Virus record (IMG/VR): IMGVR_UViG_2802429231_000001
Strand: one strand, 5' to 3'
Source: a virus
Lineage: Duplodnaviria; Heunggongvirae; Uroviricota; Caudoviricetes
Length of the DNA: 10,567 nucleotides
Shown here: one piece after another, positions 1-7,757 of the stretch
How the letters are laid out: each line of letters starts with the position of its first letter
How positions within the stretch are numbered: position 1 is the stretch's first letter
Made by a program: the position numbers and the translations under genes
The notes under the pieces: model-generated
Told to the model about the DNA's origin: nothing
Database searches by the model: none
Seen by the model: the letters and a program-made list of their open reading frames with translations, nothing else

Positions 1-28
1 TAATATCTAAAACAAAAAGGATAAAAAT

Positions 29-535
29 ATGAAATTATATAAGTCATTGTATAGCTTTTTATTAATGTCCTCTTTTCTGCCATTATCAGCAATGGCAGGT
101 TCTACCGTTTGGACGGTAGGAGGTGAGCAAGGGTGGAGAGAAATCTCTGCAACCAATGACGATGGTTATACAATTAACTTTTCTTGTGATGCTGGAGCAA
201 GGGAAGGTTCCGAAGATCATATAGCTGGAAGAAATTTGTATGTAAGTGGAGGGAAAGAGAATGCTGATTTTTCTACACGCGACACAATTTCTCGTAAAGC
301 TGATGTAATTACCTTAATTGTTGGTTCGGATAGCTTTAATATTGGTACGCAAAACACTGCTCCAAATCGTAGGGAATGGTATTCTTTTTGGAAGTCAGCG
401 TCAGCCACAAAAGAAAAAAACATGGATGTATATATCGGATCGCGTCGAATTACATCATTCTCTCTTGATGGAATTTCAAGTATTTACAAGGAAGCTAAAA
501 ATGATGGATGTTTAAAGCAAGATGACGGTGAATAA
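29..535 (+). CDS. Small secreted/periplasmic protein of unknown function (168 aa precursor, predicted Sec type I signal peptide, two Cys in the mature part)
   Basis: ATG at 29 preceded by AAGGA (18-22). N-terminus MKLYKSLYSFLLMSSFLPLSAMA|GS has a basic n-region, hydrophobic core and A-M-A cleavage motif (nt 29..97). There is no Cys at the cleavage site, so it is not a lipoprotein. Lower G+C than the phage genes downstream. The last 14 nt overlap the start of the next ORF. Confidence 0.6.
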   Translation: MKLYKSLYSFLLMSSFLPLSAMAGSTVWTVGGEQGWREISATNDDGYTINFSCDAGAREGSEDHIAGRNLYVSGGKENADFSTRDTISRKADVITLIVGSDSFNIGTQNTAPNRREWYSFWKSASATKEKNMDVYIGSRRITSFSLDGISSIYKEAKNDGCLKQDDGE

Positions 536-1706
536 AGTGAAGGATATTAAAAAACTTGCACTTGGCTCAGTAAGCGATCTCTATAATAGAGATTCAAATA
601 TTACCTGGCGTGATAATTTAAGTAAAATCAAAATGCCAGGATATACATCGGCAAGTGATTTATTAAAATCAGAATATGCTTCTAATAATTTGGTTAGACA
701 GTTGGCAGAACTGCAAAAAAACGCAATCATTCCATCGTATAGAGAACATATGGCAAACTTGCAAGAACAGTTAAGAATAGGGCGGCTAGCTCAAGAACAA
801 ATAGCAAGATTGAATTTGCAATCGTTACTTAGTGATTCTGTTAAAAAACAGCTTGCGAACATGACGAGCTTGAGAAGAATAAATAGCAAGCATCGTGAAT
901 TTCTTGAAATTCTACAGAAACAGGCCAAGGTTTATCCCCCGCATGATGCAAATAAATACATTCAAATGCTAAGGAAGCAGGCAGAAATTGCTATGCCGTT
1001 ACGAAACCAGTTCGAGATGCTTAATAAGCAAGCTGGTTTAAATAACATGCAAGCAATACTTAATGAATTGCGACAAAATGTAAGTCATAAGATAGATTTA
1101 AACAATGAAATAAAAGAATCATTAAAACAATATACCCTAGCGCAAAAGGCTTCATTACATCAAATAATGGAGCAAAGTCTTTCATCAATTGCACAGGCTT
1201 ATGTCGAAGGTGCTATTGAAACATCTCACAACGAAAGTGATGTTCAAGACAAAGGATTAAATAAATCCAGTTCGACGTTCATTGATTCATTTAAGTCGCT
1301 CCCTCACCCGCTTCAGTTTATTATTATGTGGCTTTTAACAGAAGTGGTGCTTGGCGCTATTGCTGATTATGCAAAAGAACAAATCTTATCGCAAATACAC
1401 AAGACAGAATCATATTCTGTATCCCTATATGAGGATGCACCAATATCAAAACAAAAATTAATTAAAGAAAACACAGAAATTAAGTGGGAAGATCTCAATG
1501 GTTTTAGGTTTATAACTGGTGATAACGTAAGATTACATGTCAGTCCTTCTTTAAATAGTGAAGTGATTGAATGCATTGGCAAAAACACAATTGTTGCTAT
1601 TTTAGATAAGAAAGATCGTCAATGGCTTTACGTGCAGGTTAAATCAGGGGATGAGTTTATTACTGGTTGGATTACACGAACATACACAAAGCCTCTTAAG
1701 GCTTGA
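522..1706 (+). CDS. Single-pass membrane protein: N-terminal coiled-coil region, one transmembrane helix, C-terminal SH3b-like domain (394 aa)
   Basis: Long ORF in the most AT-rich part of the window. Heptad-like Q/L/K/E-rich helical region at about nt 670..1210. Hydrophobic segment LQFIIMWLLTEVVLGAIA at nt 1311..1364. C-terminal segment DNVRLHVSPSLNSEVIECIGKNTIVAILDKKDRQWLYVQVKSGDEFITGWITRTY (about nt 1500..1690) matches the bacterial SH3 (SH3_3) pattern of NVR, a hydrophobic core, W-x-x-V and G-W near the end. ATG 522 overlaps the upstream ORF; an in-frame GTG at 537 is an alternative start. Confidence 0.7.
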   Translation: MTVNKVKDIKKLALGSVSDLYNRDSNITWRDNLSKIKMPGYTSASDLLKSEYASNNLVRQLAELQKNAIIPSYREHMANLQEQLRIGRLAQEQIARLNLQSLLSDSVKKQLANMTSLRRINSKHREFLEILQKQAKVYPPHDANKYIQMLRKQAEIAMPLRNQFEMLNKQAGLNNMQAILNELRQNVSHKIDLNNEIKESLKQYTLAQKASLHQIMEQSLSSIAQAYVEGAIETSHNESDVQDKGLNKSSSTFIDSFKSLPHPLQFIIMWLLTEVVLGAIADYAKEQILSQIHKTESYSVSLYEDAPISKQKLIKENTEIKWEDLNGFRFITGDNVRLHVSPSLNSEVIECIGKNTIVAILDKKDRQWLYVQVKSGDEFITGWITRTYTKPLKA

Positions 1707-1819
1707 ATTTTATCTCCGCATCTTCGGATTGGGTGTTGATGACGATGTGCTACTTGAAGCACTTGAGTTGTTTTAACGTAGTATCTGAAATGTGTAGACT
1801 GACCGGTAACAAATGACAA

Positions 1820-2427
<608 letters not shown>

Positions 2428-2437
2428 GGTCGTTGAT

Positions 2438-3049
2438 ATGGGACTTAATGTTGCATCAGTAAAGTCTTATATATCTTCGGCATTAACGACGACATTATTT
2501 GGCTCCGGCGTTGGTGAGCGGGAAGTTGGTAAGCTGACGTCAATCATCATGAACAAAATGCTGTTCGCGCAAGGATGGCAGTTCTCTGTCGAAGTTGATG
2601 GGCTGGAGGGGGCAGACTTCTTTGCCAAAGACATTACCTACCACGATTACAGCATCGAATATGAAATGATTAAAATCGGCGGAGGGAATATCCTTCAGCC
2701 AACGGAGCGTTCGCCTGGGCAGATAACAATGATGGTCAGGGATACCGGTGATGGCCTCGTTTTGGACTGGTTTAAGACGGCAAAAAGTCGGGTGATCAAT
2801 CCTGACGGCACCGTGAACATACCGTCTAAATATTTGCTCAATGTGCGTATTTATCGGTTGCTGTCTTCCGGTTTAACCAAACTGGAAAATGAGATGACGG
2901 TATTCCCGGTTACTACCGGCGATGTCACCTATGCGCGGGATCAGGTCACGGAATTTAAGTCATTCCCAATGACCTTCGCATTGCACAGCACGTTTAACCA
3001 ATCCTCAAGTTCTTTGGCTTCCCTTCTGGGCTTTAGTTTTTCTCTTTGA
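2438..3049 (+). CDS. Tail tube protein of a contractile tail (T4 gp19 / Afp1 / Hcp-like tube family), 203 aa
   Basis: SD TGAGG 8 nt upstream. Motifs WQFSVEVDG...ITYHDYSIEYEMIKIGGG...SPGQITMMVRDTGDGLVLDWF parallel the conserved tube blocks recalled from Afp1 (YRFxVxVxD...IEYRDG...PGQ...ITLRKG...LFDW). Position is immediately upstream of the chaperone-position gene and the tape-measure gene. Confidence 0.7.
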   Translation: MGLNVASVKSYISSALTTTLFGSGVGEREVGKLTSIIMNKMLFAQGWQFSVEVDGLEGADFFAKDITYHDYSIEYEMIKIGGGNILQPTERSPGQITMMVRDTGDGLVLDWFKTAKSRVINPDGTVNIPSKYLLNVRIYRLLSSGLTKLENEMTVFPVTTGDVTYARDQVTEFKSFPMTFALHSTFNQSSSSLASLLGFSFSL

Positions 3050-3063
3050 ATTAAGGAGCAAGG

Positions 3064-3945
3064 ATGCTTTTACCCCTTTTCCCGCTACCATCGCGGCCAA
3101 CTGAATTGATCCAGTTCCGTCAGCCAAATATTGCTGATGCGATGCGTTTCAACTCGATAACACCGGAGGAACAAGAACAACAGACAACGGCATATTTAAA
3201 AGCCTTGCTGGCTGAACCCGCGAAACATGATCCCCTGACATGGACGGCGCAGGACCGGATTACCGCGTTATGGTGGATATTTACCGGCTCCCGTGAAACA
3301 CCGGTCGAGACATTCACCTACACCTGTAAACATTGCGGTAAAGAGCATTATTACGATTGCGATATGAATGCTCTGGCTGAAGATATCCAGGTCCTGGAAG
3401 TGGAACCTTTCATTGACGATATTGAGGTGTCTGTAGAGGGAGTGCCTTATCAATGGCGTATCGTGCCGCTTGATGGTTGGGCAATGGAAATGCTGGAGAT
3501 GCGCCGTGCAGCATTGCCACCTGAAGACGACGCGGAATTCAAAGAAGCGATCGTTGATTTGCGTTTTTGGGAATTCGCTTATCAGTGTGAGCTTTATAAC
3601 GATGTTAGCGGTACTCGTGAAGATCAGGCTGAGCGTCGTTATGAAACGATTAAACGGATGGCCATTGATACTGAATTTATGAAGCTGGCGGCACACATCC
3701 GACTGGCTCATGAAAAGCTCGAACATGGTTTACCGTGCTACATCGATAAAGGTGAAATGCGTCTTCGTCTCCCGCCGCATAAATGCCCAAACCAGGATAA
3801 AAAGGAGTCCACAGAGGGTGCGTATACCCGTCTGTGGGTGCCCTTTCGGGCTACCGACTTCATTCCACAGGTGGGGATTGAAAAGCTATCAGACCTTAGT
3901 GTCCAACCTGGTTTTGTATGGGGGTATACCGATTCAGGACGCTGA
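3064..3945 (+). CDS. Cys-containing protein of unknown function (293 aa) in the position usually occupied by tail assembly chaperones, between tube and tape measure
   Basis: Strong SD AAGGAG 6 nt upstream of ATG 3064. Contains a C-K-H-C-x6-C cluster (TYTCKHCGKEHYYDCD) plus further Cys, suggesting a possible metal-binding site. The functional call is positional only. Confidence 0.55.
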   Translation: MLLPLFPLPSRPTELIQFRQPNIADAMRFNSITPEEQEQQTTAYLKALLAEPAKHDPLTWTAQDRITALWWIFTGSRETPVETFTYTCKHCGKEHYYDCDMNALAEDIQVLEVEPFIDDIEVSVEGVPYQWRIVPLDGWAMEMLEMRRAALPPEDDAEFKEAIVDLRFWEFAYQCELYNDVSGTREDQAERRYETIKRMAIDTEFMKLAAHIRLAHEKLEHGLPCYIDKGEMRLRLPPHKCPNQDKKESTEGAYTRLWVPFRATDFIPQVGIEKLSDLSVQPGFVWGYTDSGR

Positions 3946-4026
3946 AAGGCTCACTGAATCCTATGCGTTTTTCCTGTTGGAGAAACTGGAAGAAAAACTT
4001 AAACCGAAACGGTAGGCGATAAGATC

Positions 4027-7000
4027 ATGGAAAGAAAAAACGCCAACATTGACGATGTTATAAGGACAGTTGAAACCGCCAGCGCAAAAGAGCTGGAAGA
4101 GCTTGCTGGTATCCGGGAAGCTGTTGAAGATTTGAAAGGTGGGCGAGTTGCTACTGTTGATCCTGTCTCTCGCAGCGTGTCGGCATTAAATCACACAATC
4201 GAAAATTCCCGGCCTGACTTTGTGGCCAAAGCGCCATCAGTAGACCCTATTGTTGACGCAATGAAACGGCTTAATTTAGGGGACGTTTCTCGTGTAGTTC
4301 AGGAAGATGTTGCTCAACAGGAACAGCGGGCCAAATCAACCACACCAAATGGTAAAAAACGACGCAGGAAGGCTATACCAGAGGATGTAAAGGCGCAACG
4401 GACCGAAGCAGCCGAACACGCTCGCGAAATGTTCGGTCAAAAAGGCGGTGCGCAAAAAAGCCAAAACCAACGCGATGCGCGTGGTCGTTTTATTGGAAAG
4501 TCAGGGAGTAAGGCCGCAGCGGAAGATGCCCGTGCTGAACGAGCAGAAAAGGCCAGGCGAAAAGAGGATGATGAGCGTCTAAATGCTGAATCAGGTTTAT
4601 TAAAAAAACTGTCAAAAGTAGCTGAAGGCATAGGTAACCCTTCAGAGACTCGTGCCGTCGATGCGTTAGGTTATGCCGTTGCTGGTCCATTGTGGGCCGC
4701 AGGGAAGGAGCTTGGCGGGATATCAAAAGAAGTTGGTGGATCGCTTAATGGTGCCAGAAAGTCTATTGCCGATGTGATTCGTGGCAATGACGATAACAGC
4801 CGTAGAAAAGGTTTTTTTAGGCGTAAATCGCAAAATAGTGCCGATGTCGTTCAGGTTAACACCCAAAAACGGACGGTTCAGGAACTTCAGGATCAGACCA
4901 GCGAAATTAAAGATGGCAATGACAAGATTCTCAGCGCCCTTGATCAGATAGCCAAAAACACCGGGAAAAAGAAGGGCGGCTTGCTGTCCAAATTATTTAG
5001 CCTGTTAGGGAAGGGGGCCGGTGGCGTCGCGTCGTTGTTAATGGGGCGTGGCATGCTGAAAAAAGCTGGAGCACTCGCTTTTGGCGCTCTGGGGGCAAAG
5101 AAACTTGTAGGAATGCTACGCGGTGGTGGCAAGAAGACTCTCGCCCATGAAGGCGGAGATTTGGCTGCCCGGGCAGCAGGTAAACTTGGATTAAAGGCAG
5201 TTGGTAAAGGGGCGTTACGCGCAATTCCCCTAGTCGGCACAGTGGCTGGAGGTATTTATGATGCGGTAACCGGTTGGAATGATACAGAAGCGCAACGTCG
5301 AGCGTTTGGGCTTAAATCAGGACAAGATCCATCATTCCAGCAAAAAGCCGCTTATACGTTAGCTAATGTTCTTGATATGGGGGGACTGGTATCTGGTATT
5401 AGCAGCGCCATTGGTGAGGTTCTCAAATCACTTGGATTTGAGGATATCGGCAATATGTTGCAATCATTTTCGACGGAAAGTATTGCCCTGGCCATTGATA
5501 GTGGGATTACCAACTTAGAAACATATATTTCTAACCTTGGCGACACCATTTCTACCAAGTTCGATGATTACACAGCAAAGATTGGTGATGCTGTTTCAGC
5601 ATGGTTTAGCGATACATCTAATAAGCTGCTTGAAAAGCTGGATGCCATCAAAGACTTCTTTACTGTCGATAACCTGAAACAGGTTTTCAGTGATGCAATT
5701 GATAGTGCAATTGATTTCATTAAGAACCCAGGGAAACACATTAAAGAGGCGGCTGGTAATATTTGGGATGGGGTTAAAAATTTACCAGGTAAAGCATTAG
5801 ATGCAGCGGTTGATGCCGTTAAAAATACCCCTGCGGCAATGATTGTATCAAAAATACCCAATCCGATCGGCGAGGCTAATGCGAAAGAAATCACTCCAGA
5901 GTTAAAAGCTCCGGTTAATAGCCACCAGGGGACATCTGATTCTAAAACTGAATCCGATGCCAAACAGACTAATATTGCTGCCCGCGTGATAAATGCGGCT
6001 CTGGATATGGCGAAAGATAGCAATAAAACAGTTAAAGAAACTGCTAATCAGATTATCAATGCAAATGCCGTAGAAACAGGAAATAAAGCAGCACAAACAA
6101 TTGATGCTGCCTTGGGGCAGTCTGCTACAGGTAAGGAGGAAGCATTAAGTGCATATGAGATAGATAAACGTCGATTTAACAATGGCAAGGATGTTTCTTT
6201 GCCAAAATTAAATGCTGCCGGATACCAATGGATTTCTGACAATGCCGATTATTTTGATGAGCTTGAACGTAAGTATGGGCTTGAAAAAGGGATTCTGTCA
6301 GCAGTTGCATCCGCAGAGTCTAGTGCAGGCCAGAGAACTGGAAATCCAGTAGACAAAAACGGGAACAAACTTTCATCTGCCCTTGGGGCTTTTCAGATCA
6401 CTAAAGGTACAAGGGAGGATCTTGGACTCAGCGATGCTGATGCCATGGATACACGAAAAGCAGCTGATGGTGCCGCCAGATACCTAAGTATGCTGATGAA
6501 CCGTTATAACGGTGATCAGGGTCGTGCAATAGCTGCCTATCATGCTGGTATGGGGCATGTTGATAAGGGGAGAGTAGTCGCAGGTACCGGCGAATATGTT
6601 ACTCGTGTCAGAGGGTATCAGCAGATGCTCAATAATGGTGCCGTTTATGGCTCTAAGGTAGATCATAGCGCACCAGCAATTTACGAAAAGATACCTGATA
6701 ACGCCGTTATCGATCAGTCTACTGGCCTGGCGTTTACCCCTGGTGATAGCCCGTTTGAGAAAGGCGGTCTGGTAGACAAAATCGGCAATGCTGTTGGCGT
6801 TAACGATCTGGTCAACAAATTCATGAATGGCCGGGGTATGCGTCGGGAAGTCGTTCAGGGAACGCTCGAAGAACGTGCACGAGGGAAGGGGACCGCAACA
6901 GCAGCTGGCAATGTGTATGTTGATACTCCGATGCCAGTTGAAGAGGCGCGTCCGGTGGCCAGCAACTCAAGTTACTTTGACCAACTCGGCGCACAAATGG

Positions 7001-7401
7001 GGATTGATGGACTATTCGATAAACTCCGCAACTCGCCGGGGATGCGGAAAAATAATGCGCTTGAACCAGCCTCCACGTCCCAGGTGACGACTGCCGCCAA
7101 CGATTTGCAGCAACCAACCGGTCGTATGCAGATAGACGGACAGGTTATTAGTGACCTTGGCGGCTCCGGTGCCAAGCCGACAATGCAGTTGGCTGATAAT
7201 ACCGTTTCACTTGATGGTGAAACGAAGCGGCTGTTTGCGCAGATGACCTCATTGCTTGCCAGGATTGAAGAGCACACCAAAGACTCGGCGAAAGGCCAGG
7301 GAACTGTCGTAAAGGTCAGCACGCCTCAGCCGGGCGTTATGCGCACGGTACCACTGTCAATTGATGATCCGTTGATGAATGACTACGCGAGAGTTGATTG
7401 A
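4027..7401 (+). CDS. Tail tape-measure-like / injection protein with embedded soluble lytic transglycosylase (SLT) domain, 1124 aa (architecture resembles phage P1 Sit)
   Basis: Longest ORF in the window. N-terminal charged helical region; K/R/E-rich low-complexity stretch (about nt 4335..4610); Gly/Ala-rich hydrophobic glycine-zipper-like segments (about nt 4965..5280); SLT domain at about nt 6200..6620 with ...SAVASAESSAGQ... (putative catalytic Glu codon 6316..6318), GAFQIT and AAYHAG motifs typical of family 1 lytic transglycosylases. The SD is weak. The stop TGA 7399..7401 overlaps the next start. Confidence 0.8.
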   Translation: MERKNANIDDVIRTVETASAKELEELAGIREAVEDLKGGRVATVDPVSRSVSALNHTIENSRPDFVAKAPSVDPIVDAMKRLNLGDVSRVVQEDVAQQEQRAKSTTPNGKKRRRKAIPEDVKAQRTEAAEHAREMFGQKGGAQKSQNQRDARGRFIGKSGSKAAAEDARAERAEKARRKEDDERLNAESGLLKKLSKVAEGIGNPSETRAVDALGYAVAGPLWAAGKELGGISKEVGGSLNGARKSIADVIRGNDDNSRRKGFFRRKSQNSADVVQVNTQKRTVQELQDQTSEIKDGNDKILSALDQIAKNTGKKKGGLLSKLFSLLGKGAGGVASLLMGRGMLKKAGALAFGALGAKKLVGMLRGGGKKTLAHEGGDLAARAAGKLGLKAVGKGALRAIPLVGTVAGGIYDAVTGWNDTEAQRRAFGLKSGQDPSFQQKAAYTLANVLDMGGLVSGISSAIGEVLKSLGFEDIGNMLQSFSTESIALAIDSGITNLETYISNLGDTISTKFDDYTAKIGDAVSAWFSDTSNKLLEKLDAIKDFFTVDNLKQVFSDAIDSAIDFIKNPGKHIKEAAGNIWDGVKNLPGKALDAAVDAVKNTPAAMIVSKIPNPIGEANAKEITPELKAPVNSHQGTSDSKTESDAKQTNIAARVINAALDMAKDSNKTVKETANQIINANAVETGNKAAQTIDAALGQSATGKEEALSAYEIDKRRFNNGKDVSLPKLNAAGYQWISDNADYFDELERKYGLEKGILSAVASAESSAGQRTGNPVDKNGNKLSSALGAFQITKGTREDLGLSDADAMDTRKAADGAARYLSMLMNRYNGDQGRAIAAYHAGMGHVDKGRVVAGTGEYVTRVRGYQQMLNNGAVYGSKVDHSAPAIYEKIPDNAVIDQSTGLAFTPGDSPFEKGGLVDKIGNAVGVNDLVNKFMNGRGMRREVVQGTLEERARGKGTATAAGNVYVDTPMPVEEARPVASNSSYFDQLGAQMGIDGLFDKLRNSPGMRKNNALEPASTSQVTTAANDLQQPTGRMQIDGQVISDLGGSGAKPTMQLADNTVSLDGETKRLFAQMTSLLARIEEHTKDSAKGQGTVVKVSTPQPGVMRTVPLSIDDPLMNDYARVD

Positions 7402-7757
7402 TGGCCAACAATAACGAAATTGATCCTTTGCTGACGCTGGAGTTATCCGGCGTAAAAACGTATGAGTCCCAGGAGGAGGCCTGGGGCGCTCGTTTATATG
7501 AGTGGCTAAACACTTATCAGGGTGAGGTATACGGGGATCCGTCATGGGGCAATGTTTTACCGCAGTTTAAACACGAACCGACCAACTTGTCGCATGTTCA
7601 AATTGCGGTTGAGGCAATGCTGTTGCAAAAACTGACGATAGATTTACCTGACATACCGATTTCTGGCTTGTCAGTAGCCGAGGGAGATGCTTTTGATAAG
7701 TTGAAAATATCCATTCGTATCAGGGATATAACTATCACACAGGACGTGGTGCTATGA
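7401..7757 (+). CDS. Small baseplate protein, possibly GPW/gp25-like wedge protein (118 aa from ATG 7401; an in-frame TTG at 7398 is also possible)
   Basis: ATG 7401 overlaps the upstream stop by 1 nt (TGATG). Size and position match gp25/GPW-like proteins. The stretch LNTYQGEVYGDPSWGNVL...HEP loosely resembles the gp25-family block (L-T-x-x-GER-x-x-P-x-FG ... EPR). Weak motif support only. Confidence 0.5.
   Translation: MANNNEIDPLLTLELSGVKTYESQEEAWGARLYEWLNTYQGEVYGDPSWGNVLPQFKHEPTNLSHVQIAVEAMLLQKLTIDLPDIPISGLSVAEGDAFDKLKISIRIRDITITQDVVL

Noticed and set aside
217-515. Minus-strand ORF 217..423 and plus-strand alternative-frame ORF 318..515 inside the first gene
   Set aside because: Embedded in the signal-peptide protein CDS, with no start context, and short; judged to be frame artefacts.
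1747-1766. Short inverted repeat GTGCT-6-AGCAC and direct repeat ACTTGA-3-ACTTGA in the spacer, with a TAGTAT hexamer downstream (possible promoter or late-activator site)
   Set aside because: The repeats are only 5-6 bp, which is expected by chance, and no -35/-10 pair with canonical spacing could be found. I cannot recall the P1 late-promoter consensus reliably enough to test it.
3120-3726. Minus-strand ORFs 3120..3317 and 3268..3726 and plus-strand ORF 3470..3682 within the 293-aa gene
   Set aside because: Embedded antisense or alternative-frame ORFs with no independent support.
3710-4015. Frame-shifted ORF (101 aa) overlapping the end of the 293-aa gene and extending 24 codons past its stop, a possible programmed frameshift product analogous to G/GT tail chaperones upstream of tape-measure genes
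   Set aside because: The extension beyond the stop is only 24 codons, an open stretch that is likely by chance. No convincing slippery heptamer is visible at the junction (GTA TGG GGG TAT ... CGC TGA), and the upstream overlapping portion translates to an Arg-rich junk-like sequence. It would need ribosome profiling or mass spectrometry to revive.
4437-7322. Multiple minus-strand and alternative-frame ORFs (60-151 aa) inside the tape-measure-like gene, including a hydrophobic 151-aa ORF at 5568..6023
   Set aside because: All are fully embedded in a long, well-supported + strand CDS, lack ribosome-binding sites, and have low-complexity translations typical of shadow ORFs opposite Gly/Ala/Lys-rich coding sequence.
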